Program-made: the position numbers and the translations under genes | Part shown: positions 45,201 to 57,200 of the stretch, in pieces | Position numbering within the stretch: position 1 is the stretch's first letter | Layout of the letters: each line of letters begins with the position of its first letter | Assembly: GCF_030028105.1 (NCBI RefSeq) | Contig: NC_092370.1 | Coordinates: 117,268,221-117,332,220, forward strand | Source: Mobula birostris | Lineage: Eukaryota | Direction of reading: 5' to 3' | DNA length: 64,000 nt | Notes under the pieces: generated by a model | The model's input: only the letters and a program-made list of their open reading frames with translations | Told to the model about the DNA's origin: nothing | Databases searched by the model: none

Positions 45201-48200
45201 ACCGACCCAGCTCACTTTCTATGTCAGAGAGACCACAGGCAATGCGAGTGTTGCTCAGTGCGTGAATACTTCAGGTCTGTCAAGTCAGTTGTCACATTGA
45301 CATGATTGCACTTGCAACATGCCTGACTTAAAGCCTTTGTCAGAATGGTTTTGGTATGTGGAGTCTCAAAGCAGGACACAACTGGAGGCATAGAGCTATA
45401 GAAATGTACAGCGTGGAAACAGGCCATTCAGCCCAGCTCATCCATGCCAACCAGTGAGAACTCATCCGTATTAAGCCCTTTGCGCAGCACCTAGTCGATC
45501 GCACTCTATACCAGGTGATCCACGTGCTGATCTCGACACTTTTTACATGGTGTCGGCGACTTTACTTCCACCACTTCTGTCAGGCGGGCTCTCCAGGCAC
45601 TCACTCCTCTCTGGGTAAAAAGGTTCCCCCTCAGATCCCATCTGAATCTCTTACCCCGTACCCTAAACTTGCGTGCTCCAGTATTATCTTTCTCTAATTT
45701 GGGAAACAATTCCTGTATCTATTGTATACACCTCAATTGTGGTGTACCCCTTAATCCCCTCCAATCCAGGGAGAACAGACCCAGCTTCTCGGTAACTGAA
45801 CAAAGTCTGTGCCCATCACCTCTTGCCTAGCTACTGAATCAGGAATTGTTTGGTTTAAGTCCTGGTCCAGGACCATGAGCAGGATGAATGGGTCCAGTTG
45901 AAGAGTAGTCATTGGGCTGAATCGCCTCTTCTTGTGCGGATTTCGCAATGCGCTTTAGTAAGTTTGTTTTAATAAGGTTAATAAACAATTATTTTGCTTA
46001 AGCTGGAAAGTTAAAGGCAAATGATTTATTTCAGGGTTTCGAATTGTCAGCTTCACCCTTCATACTCAGGACCTTCTCAGTACTGTTGTAAATATCTTGA
46101 AATGCTGCAATTTATCCAGTGACCATGTGCAGCAGTCAGAGGTTGCTGTGGACTTCTCTCATCAAAATGGAACCATTCCATTCAGTCGACCCATCCGGTG
46201 GGATAAGACATATTACACCTTCACAGGATACCAGGACCCAGAGGAGGAGCTGGGTTCTGCTCGGCAACTGGAACCTACACTCAGGTATGAGTGCCTCCAT
46301 ATTCTTAGAGAAGCTAGGTTGTGCGGACGGGTCTTCATCTGGTGAGAAGTAATTCCCGTTGTTGACATTTCACGTTGGGGCTCAGTGTGCAGCATCCTTG
46401 CCTGTGGGTCAGGTTTATGTGTTTTATCTGCACTGCAGGGACTCGGACAGCCGGCCCAACCATCACCTCAGTGCTGGTGCAGAATGGAAACTGATAACCC
46501 ACCCCTCTCTCAAGTGGATGTGAAAGAGTTCACAACCTCCTTAACACATAACTCGCGTGACTGGAACAGAATCTCAAGTCAGAAACCATAAGACACAAGA
46601 ACACAATTAGATCATTTGGCCCATCAAGTCTATTCCACCGTTCAAGCTGATTTATTATCTCTCTCAATCCCATTCTCCTGCCTTCTTTCCACAACTTCCC
46701 GACTAATCAAGAACCGATCAACCTCAGCTCTAAATATACCCAATGACTTGTCCTCCCCAGCCATTTGTGGCAGCAGGTGCCACAGATTCTGTCCCTATGG
46801 CTAAAGAAATTCCTGCTCATCTCTGTTCTGATGGGATATGCTTGTATTCTGAGGCTGAGCCCTCTGGTCCTCGACTCTCCCACTCCCACAGGAGCAGGAG
46901 TCACCCCCTCAGGCCCCTGAAGCCTGCCTGCCATTCAGTATGATCACAGCTGATGTCTCCTGGGTCTGTGTTGGCGTTTTGAAAGGGCTCCCAGTCACCT
47001 GACAAACTTCACCCCCACTGCAACAACATGGTAACTTTGATGGCTCATGTCTATGGATTCCCAGGTCCTGCTGAACACCCAAATGGCTTGCCCTTTTAAA
47101 AAAAATTCTTCTGTTTTCTTGTCAAAGTGGATAAGTTCACATTTCACCACATTATATTCTATTTGCTGTGTTTTCTCTCTCACTCTCACTCAACCAACTT
47201 GTATCCCTTGTGGCCGCTGCACAGCCCACTTTTCTACCTAGCTTTGTATTGTCAGCAAATTAGGATACGTTCTTTAATTCCACCCTCACAGTTACTGTTA
47301 CAGAATGCAGATGCTGAGGTCCCTGCACTGATCCCTGTGGCCAACTTGTTGAAATTTGGGTGACCCTCAAAACCAGAAATTAGTGTATTTGGACCAGAGA
47401 GCCTTTAAGGACCAGTGACACTGATCTTGATGTTCCTTTTGTAGGTTGTGGTTGAATAAAAATGTATCTCTCGCCTTAGAAAGACTGACTGCCAGTCTTC
47501 CACTGCGAGATGACCTTCAACGCCTAAAAACAGAGCTTTGTCAGCAACTGGAGATAACCGATATCAGGTATGTATGCTGAACACAAACTCAAGAAACAGA
47601 GAGAAACACTGTGTCATTTAGAGGTTTTTAAATGTGTCCTTGTGTGGTTTATTAATTTGTGATCTTGTGCCTCAGAAGTGCGAGCCCCATCTAGTCCTTT
47701 ACCACATCCTGGACATTTCTTTGGCAAGTTCCAATTCGATGTTACATTTCAAGATGTAGGGCTGAACTAGACTTTTGCTGTCTCTTTGTCCTATTTGTAG
47801 GGCTGAACTAGACCTTTGCCGTCTCTTTGTCCTATTTAACCATGAACTAACACTCTAACCCGGATTCTGTTCCTACCCTGCCTGTTTACTGAAACCCTCG
47901 CCTGGACTCCTGTTATTTCAGAATTATCCCGCTCTGTCTCCGCTACCTGTCAACTAACTTGCCCCAGTTCCCACTTGCCCAGCACCCTCTGTGCTCATTT
48001 ACGTACACCAACATCCTGATTTTAAATTGAAATTTTTAATCATTCCTTTCAAATCCCTCCATGGGCCTCTCTCTATAACCTTCTTCATGTCTCCAACTAT
48101 CCATCCTGTACCACCTGGGTTTCCACCACAACTCTGTAAACTCTAAGCTTTGTCACTGCAACACGACATCACTCTTGTCTCTTTTAAGTCACTCCACAAA

Positions 48201-51200
48201 ACCTTCACTACTAAGCTTTTGGTCAGCTTCCCTGGAGTTCCACGTGGATTCATGCAGACTTGGCTTAATGGCTTCATTATGGAATGCTGTGGAATATTTT
48301 GCCATTGTTTTATAAATATACAGCCACTCATTTATTATGTCCCAGAGTGTAGGTTTACCTGCAGTGTATAATAGTGTCTGTCAGAGTGGTGCCGGTATTG
48401 AGGGCTTCAGCTGATCATTAAGAGGCCTTCCTGTTTTCACATCACTGCAGTAAAATCCATAAAAGGATCAGGACTGATCTGGTGTCTGAATAAATGAGTC
48501 ATGGCCAGTCAAGGTTAATGTTCACATAACTGCTTCAGAGAGTCTCGTGATCTCTGCCAGCTGGAAAGCTAAGGGGCAGCAGGTGCGTGGGAAGCCATCA
48601 CATTCACGATTCTTCCCAGTCACACAGCAGCCTAATTTGGAAATAGGTTGTCAATCCCTGTTGCTGGGTCTGATTCTAGAACTGTCTACCTCACTGCAGC
48701 TTTCCTTACGCCTTCTCAAGGAAAAAGGTTGGGCCTTGTCGTCATGTCATTTCCCAGAAATGGACTTTAGAAACACTGTGATCAGTGGACTGGGAGGGAA
48801 CTGGTATCAGTAAGGGAAACCAACTGGATCTTGCGCATATTCAAAAGTATAAAATGAAAAACTCCACTCATTGTTACATGGAAAAATCCAGCAGTCAAAC
48901 TTGGCCATCAGAGAGATTCCCTTCCTTCCCTTGAAGTAAGTTGTGGAATCTCTTACCCTCTCCTGGAAGATGGCATACAGACCTCATTTAATATTTCCAG
49001 TGAAAGGCAGCCCCTCAGATTTAATGGTCAGGTCTCTGGTGTGGTGCTTTAACCCAGGGGTCCCCAACCTTTTTTGCACTGCGGACTGGTTTATTATTGA
49101 TAACATTCTTGCGGACCAGCTGACCGGTGGGGGTGGGGGGTAGGGTTGCCAACAGACAAGAGTAGCAGTCAAATACGTTGTGTTAACCCCTAGAAAGACT
49201 ACAATTACCATGAAGCCATGCGCGGGCACCAGTGCACATGCGCGTACGTACCAGTTTTTTTTCCCTCCAAATCGTTTTTGGCGATTCTGTTTGGGGGGGG
49301 GGTGTTAATCACGACCGGAATATAGGTGATAAGTGGCTAATACACTCAATTTTGTTTCTAAAAGGGTTTATCTAACGATTTTAATATTAAACACACAGCG
49401 CATATTTTCCTCACATGAATATAGTGATAAGTCGATTATCAGGGGAGGACAGGGGAGGTTGAAGCAAGTGTTGAATGAACTTCTAGTAGAAGTGGTAGAG
49501 GCAGGTTCAATATTATCATTTAAAGAAAAATTGGATAGCTATATGGACAGGAAAGGAATGGAGGGTTATGGGCTGAGTGCAGGTCGTGGGACTAGGTGAG
49601 AGTAAGCATTCAGCACGGACTAGAAGGGTCGAGATGGCCTGTTTCCGTGCTGTAATTGTGATTATGGTTATATAAGTCACTTATAGCATCATAACATTTT
49701 AAGTAACGTTTGGATATTAAACACACAGCACATATTTTCCTCGTAAGAACATATAAAATAATTGCAACACACCGATATCGTTGAATCAGTGGGAGCCCTG
49801 GGCTTGTTTTCCTGTAACAAGACAGTCCTATCGAGGGGTGATGGGAGACAGCGATACTCGAAGGGGGTTCCTTATGTCCAGTCTATTCCGCAATTTAGTT
49901 TTCGTTGCATTCATTGCAGAGATATAATGTTGAAAATGGAAGCAACGTTTTCAGTGCTTTCGTGGCTATCTCAGAATACTTAGCCTTGACTTTGATCCAG
50001 AATGCCGGCAGAGATGTTATGTTAAACATACTTTTCAGCCCGCCGTCATTTGCAAGCTCGTGGAGTTGATCTCCTTCCCGCCCTGACACGGATGACGTGC
50101 GGGTAACGACCTGGCATGCGTAATGGCTCAACAGTGGGTGTGACAGGGAATGAGGAAAGGTGCAGCTGACTCATATCGCCAAATCATATCGTTTCCTCGC
50201 GGCCCAGTAGCACATGCTTTGCGGCCCCTTACCGGTCTGCAACCCGGTGGTTAGGGACCGCTGCTTTAACCCACAAACTTCAGAAAAGGTGTGCTTCACT
50301 CACGCTGTCCCATGCACACACACTTTGATAAATTAAAGTTGTAAAAATGCTTCTGATCCTTTAGTGCATGGAGCTGTGCTGTGGTAAGTTGATCCTAATT
50401 TTCTTCTTGGCTTAGATGGCGGAAGAGTTGGGGAGTGGCTCATCGGTGCAGCCAGCTGCACAGCCTGAACCGATTTGCCCAGCAGAACTCTGCAGTCTTG
50501 CACAATATCAAAGGTGTGTCTTCAGATACTCACCCGCTCTCGACAGACTGATGGTATGCAAGTAAAACCTGTATCCAGAATTCATTCTGCGCCACTTAAC
50601 CGCCTTTAACCACCTCCCACTGACATTGAGGCACGAGAGATGGCTGATGCTGCCGCCTGGGGCAAAAAGCAAAGTGTTGGTGGATCTCAGTGGGTCAGGC
50701 AGCATCAGTGGAGGGAAATGAATAGTTGATGTGGGTTGAGACCCTTCATCTCTTTCAGTCCACAGATGCTGTTTGACTCACTCAGTTCCTCAAGCATCTT
50801 GTTTTTACTTCCTCTGCTGACACTGTTTGATGACCTAACTGTTTGATTTGCCCCCCAGGGTTTGATTTATGTGTTTTATGAAAAATAAAACACGTAAATT
50901 GCTTCCCCAGTGTCTTTCAGCACCTCAACAAATTCCAAATTGCTATTAAGCCAATGAGTTAATGTGTGGTGTAATCACTGTTGTGACACAGGTAACATGG
51001 CAGCCATGTTATGCATAGCAAGCTCCCATAAACAGCAACGTTATAATGACCAGATAATCACTTCTAGTTTCATTAGTGTTGGCAGTACAGTAATGAGAAC
51101 TTTGTTGAAATAGTCTATGGGATGTTTCTGATCACAAGTGAAGGAAGGAGTGCCTCAGTTAAATGAGTCATCCATGACACTGTGTCTTTAACAGTGTGAC

Positions 51201-54200
51201 TCTCCCCCAGCACTGTGGCTCACATTCTGAAATGTCAGGAGTGGGACAGGACTTGATTTTGCCCTGGGGGTGAGATTGCTGACCCCTAAGCTAAACTCTC
51301 CAGAGCAGAACGTTTCCTCGGGCAGAATTGCCATGAATAAGGAGACTGGTTTCTCACAAATGAGATCAGGGAGCCCTAAAAGCAAAGGGTGACTGGAACC
51401 TGGTAATCGCTCAACCAAAGCATAGTGGGAATCAGAGGATAATCAGAATCTCCGGGAATTCGGTTGGTTTAGAGCATTGAGAAAGGTGGAGCATTGAAGG
51501 ATAAACCAATTTGAGCTGCAGGTCTGCCATGATCCTTTTGAATACAGGAATGGCTTCGTGGGGCAGGAATGGCCTCTCCAAGAGCCTTTCTTCTTTCTCT
51601 TTCAGTACTTGTGCTCACTGACCGTGACTAAAGGCATTGCAGGAGGTTTGTTGGCTGTTACTGGGGTTTGTAGGGATTGAAGAGAATAAGAACATTCTCA
51701 GCCAGCTGGACAGCAGTAGACATGTCAACTGGTCCAAGTAAAGAGTCTCAACCCGAAACGTTAACTGTCCATTCCATCCCCCCCATCCCCACAGATGATG
51801 CCTGCCCACCGATTCCCTCCAGTGGAGGGGTGATGGAGGATGGTAAGGCCAGCTGTGTTGGAGGCTGAAGACTGGTTGAGGGGAGACCGTTTACCTTGGT
51901 CACTTTGGATCTATGCATGTCTTTGGCAAAGTAGCGAAGGCCAAGAGGAGACTTAGTAGAAGTATTCAAATAGTGATACAGTAAATAAGAAAAAAAAGTA
52001 TCTCCTATGGTAAACGGGTTTGTAACCAGAAGGTACAGAATGAAGGAATTGGCAAAGGAAATAGGTGGCACTGAGCATTAATTTGTACAGTGATTGTGAT
52101 CTGAGACATCATGGTAGGGCTGTGTGGAGAGAGGGGACTGGGAGTAACTGAGACTCTTCAAATTTTGAACAGGTAGGATGTGTGGAAAACCCTCATAATG
52201 TGCAGTATCACACTGTGATATTGTGTTTAGAAGACCTTGGTGCTGTGATGATGGAGAACTTCGGGGAAGTTCAAACAAGGCAAGTATTGGGACGTGTGGA
52301 GCCAACTGTTCACGTTTCCAGATGGGAATTAGAACAAGGTGGCAGCACTCAATTCACTCACGTACTCGGTCACAAACATCTCCTATCTGGCTGGCCTCAT
52401 GCTTCCTCCTGCAGGAGGTTGCAGAGAATCTGCCTCTGTAAATCAGAACTAGTACGTGTCTGAGAACTTCCCAGGCTTTTCTCAGTTCTGACTCTTTGGG
52501 GAAATTATTGAACCAAAGGAAGTCTGAGCAGAGGAAGGGCCTTCCGCTCTTCTCTCAATGCTGTACACTTTCCCAAGCTTTTCAGTCATGCTGCAGATTC
52601 CTGTTCAAACCTAACCCTTGGGCACTAACATTGAAACCATAGGGTTTTACTGGAAATTGCAAGTGAACTTTGGTGTGCTTTTAGCTTCTTGTCCTGTAGA
52701 CTGCTGCTGGCTCCATTTTCTTTGCACCAAGACACTGCTCTAATGCTTCAAATTTCCCAAGCTACCTGCCTCTTTGGAGCTAAGATATATGAGTTCATTG
52801 ACTTTGATGTATAACCTTTCCTCTCTCCCTTACCCCCTTTCCTGAGCATTTTCCTTATCCCTCCTCACCTCCTTATCAATTCCACTACTTTGAGAAACAA
52901 AGAGGTGGTCAGTCCTTCGAATTCTCTCTCAACACAATGCGCTTGCTTTAATTAAACATCCCTGGAATTCTGCCCACCCCTCAAATTTGAAAATTGAAAT
53001 TGACCCTCACCATCTGCAGTGTTTGGAGAGACGAGAGGAGGCGGGCAGAGAATGGGACTGGACGTGAGTTCCAGATTTGCACTGGTATGACCCTTTTATT
53101 TCCTGAATCTTGTTGTGCCTTTTGTTACTGACACCACCTGTCTCCTGACCAAGTCCTTAAATCAGATTAAACACCCTTTTAGAACTACTCCCACCCTTAG
53201 TCTTCCAAATGCAGGGACCACGCACCTGGGTGTGGAGTCCACCCTATTAGTTTATCCATTTTACTCCTGATATCCACATAATAATTCTGCACTGTGTTCC
53301 CCATAACGCCCAACTTCCTTCCTGAGATGTGGTGACCATAATCTTGAATTGGGAATAATCAATTTAAAATAGAAGTCTGTGGGGGTACATTTTCTGCATT
53401 ACGTGTTGAAGTAAACTGCTTATGCTGTGTTCTGGATTTGGCTGTTTTCTGCACAGGGTGTACAATAATTTTTGCAGAGCACTCTGGAATGAATGCCGCA
53501 GGGCAGATTATGTTGGGAACTGTAGATGTCCATCATCACTGGACAAAAGTAAGTCAAACTAATTAGTAACAGCTACAAACGTTCTTAGGTACAGCTTGTG
53601 CATTTGTGTGTTCAGTATTTTGGTGCTAATTGTATTGTCTCAGCTTAGTCTGGCTGTGCCCACTTCATGTTCGTAGAGTGACAGGAAGATGCCATGCTAA
53701 TTAATAAAGATTATCTGACCCTTCATCTCATTGTTACATGGGGAAACAACTTCCAGTTATACACCAAGAAATCTTTGATAGCAAGATGTGATAGCAAGGA
53801 TCAATGGCTTAAAAATAGTCAAAAAGTTAACTCTTAGCAAGCGGTTTAAAAGAGAAAGGTTTAGAGAAAAAATTTCAGACGTTAGGAAATGGGCAGCTGG
53901 AGGCACCAATGGTGCAATAATTGAACTCTGGGACCTTTAGGAGGTAGAATTAAAGGAGTCCATAGATGAGCAGGTTCTTGGCCTGGATGAGTTTCTGGAG
54001 GTTGGGAAGGGTCTATCCATGGAGGACTTAAAGCCAGCATGAGACTTATTTACAATTTGTGCATTGAGCCATGATTTGATCTAGATGAGCAATGAGGAGT
54101 GAAAAGTGAACAGGACTTGGTGCTAATTATAATAGTTGGTATTAGGATGAGTACCAAATTCCGTAAGAGGTGAGAGGCAAGTAACGAATGTAACAAAGGA

Positions 54201-57200
54201 ATAAAGTACTTGAGATATGTGTAAATACACCAAAGATTATTGCAATAAATCTTTAACCTGTTCTTACTTGAAGCTGTTGGAGAGGTTGCCTACCTACTAT
54301 GATCTTCACCACCATGTTTGCTTGTTGGAAGAGAGGATCAGCTTCCTTCTGGGAGACATGGAGTTAATTTACAATGAAGACCTGCAGCCTGTGATGATGC
54401 TAGAGGATTATTACAGAATGTTAACAGTCTTCCATCAGAATTTGACTGTCAACCGACCTCTGTTTCATCCACGAAGTCTTAAAGGACTGCAGATGATTCT
54501 AGAAAAGTGAGTGACAGCAAACAAAAAGTCTGATCCATGAGTGTCTGAGCTTTGCCTCTGAAGTTGTTAGGGTACTGTGCATAACTTGCTCTGAGAGGCC
54601 GAAATAGAAAAACATAGAAAACCTACAGCACAATTCAGGCCCTTCGGCCCACAAAGCTGTGCCGAACATGTCCTTAGAAATTACCTCGGGTTACCCATAG
54701 TCCTCTATTTTTCTGAGCTCCATATACCTATCCAGCAGTCTCTTAAAAGACCCTATCTTATCCTCCTCCACCACCGTCGCCGGCGGCCCATTCCACACGT
54801 ACTCACCACTCTGCGTTTTAAAAAAACCTTAACCCCTGACATCTCCTCTGTACCTACTTCCAAACACCTTAAAACTGCACTCTCTCGTGCTAGCCATTTC
54901 AGCCTCGGGGAAAAGCCTCCGACTATCCACACGATCAATGCCTCTCATCATCTTATACACCTCTATCAGGTCACCTCTCATCCTCCGTCGCTCCAAGGAG
55001 AAAAGGCCAAGTTCACTCAACCTATTCTCATAAGGCATGCTCCCCAATCCAGGCAACATCCTTGTAAATCTCCTCTGCACCCTTTCTATGGTTTCCACAT
55101 CCTTCCTGTAGTGAGGTGACCAGAACTGAGCCCAGTACTTGCAAGTGGGCTCTGACCAGGGTCCTGTGTAGCTGCAACAATAGTGAATGGGTGGAGTCTG
55201 AAAAGTCCAAGGATAATTTTGCTTTGCGTGCTGCAAAAGAGTTGCCCAATCTGAGTAGGCATCTCAGCTGCATTTAACTTCAGTTGTATTTATATAATGG
55301 AGAACTTGTTTTCTACTTGTAAGCAGCAGTTACAAATGTACACAATGAAGTGGCCCCTTGATCCTGCTCAACCCACATTAATGGCTGATCTAATTGTAAC
55401 CTTAGCTCCTCACTCCTGCCCCTTGCTTATGTAACCCTGCCACCGGGCTCGTATAAAAACTTGGCTTATCAGCTAACTCTGCTAACAGCCACATCACTCA
55501 GCAGTGAGGAGGCCACCTTTCATAAGCAATAAATGTATAGGGTTGGTATGATTTGGGGTTCAACCAAACAGAAAAGTTGGGATGTTCCAGTTGAGGAACT
55601 TGATGATTGTAGTGAATGCTGTGCAAATACTGCCCCGTACACAGTTATCAATTGTCCAGGAAATAACAGATCATACACTGGCATAAAATTACAAAGGAAG
55701 TGTATTTACCAATATTTCAACTTTAACAGACAGTTAACAGAAAAAGAAAAGAAAAATATAAGGGCCTATTACAGTTAAACTAGTCCAATCGTGCACATAA
55801 ATGTTGGAGCTCATTACTGTGGTAGTCAGGTGTTATCGCTTTACCCACGCACTGAACCGATGTCCTGCGTGAGAGACACCAGCCACAGTCAAAACTCTCC
55901 TCGAAGACCATCTTGAACAAACTGGCTAACTCAGGAGTACTGGCACTTATTCCTTGGAACCATTTGTCTGCACAAAATACTTCTTACAGTGGGGTCTCTC
56001 CTTCGAGCAGCATTCTGCAAGCAGTTTGCCTTGTGCCCCGCTCTGCAGATCCTGCCAGAAGACCCCAAACCAGACTACTGTCTTTCAGAAACCTGATCCC
56101 GCCCAGCTCTCCCAAATCTTCCATCGCATCCCACCGAGCAGAAAGTTACAACATGAATCAAGACAAACCCGATTGTCTGACACAACATTCCTAACTAGGA
56201 CAAAATGGTTCTTTATCTTTAGCCAAAGCCAAAACACTCTACAGAATACACTGCTTTACAGAAAACTATTAAAATAAAAACACCTCACAGCATAGCAATA
56301 GAAATCTTAACCAAGGCATGACACTTAACACGTGTACATCTACCTTGGTCTTAAACCCTGCTTCCACTCTCCTTTGGGGATGCCTTTCACAGACTCTGAG
56401 TCCTCCAACAGAAAAAAGAATTGCTTTGTCCCTGTCCCACCTCCAGTTCCACTGTTATTTCAAAAGTGCCAAGTTATTTTTTGGTCTCATAACTTTCACT
56501 CGGAGGAGAAATGAAAACCTTTTGCTCAAGATTCTACCAGTCTTTTGAAGAGCAAAGGACTAACTTGCATCCGAGTGAATAGTTATCTCTCCGCAGCCAA
56601 AAATAATTAACAGTTGTCCCATTGCTCTTTCTGAGCACTTGTTTCTGTAATTTGATTCTGACATTTCCTCTAATAGCTCTTTAAAAACAATACTTTGGTT
56701 GTGACGTTCTGAAGTTGAGAGAGGCAGTCAGGGTCACGTTTTAAATGTTCCTTTATACTCCTCCATTCTTTCAACTGTGTCCGCTAACCAGATGTTGTTC
56801 TGTCATTTCAGAGGCTCTTCTGCACCTATTCTTCTTAAGACAGGCCAGCTGAGAGTGCCCGTCACTTGTGACCCCACTGCCTTGCAGTGGTTTATTCTGA
56901 GCCACACACAGACAGCCAGAGATTTCCTGAGGAACGAGGAGGAGTAAGTGAAAGATTCTAACCTGTCGCACGCTGAAAATGAGAGAGTGTAACTTGAAAG
57001 CAATCCAATAGGATTGGGATATGTGATCTAGGTGTCATATTGACACACTGCATGCTTGCACATGAGGTGTGTCCAGTGTGGTTTTGGAAACTGGGTGAGT
57101 CACTTAATTGTTTCTCAGCTTGTGACTTACAGTAGAATGGAAATGGGAATCAAAACCAGTTAGTGCGCTGCTACCGATTTTAGTTATCCTCCTCAAATGA

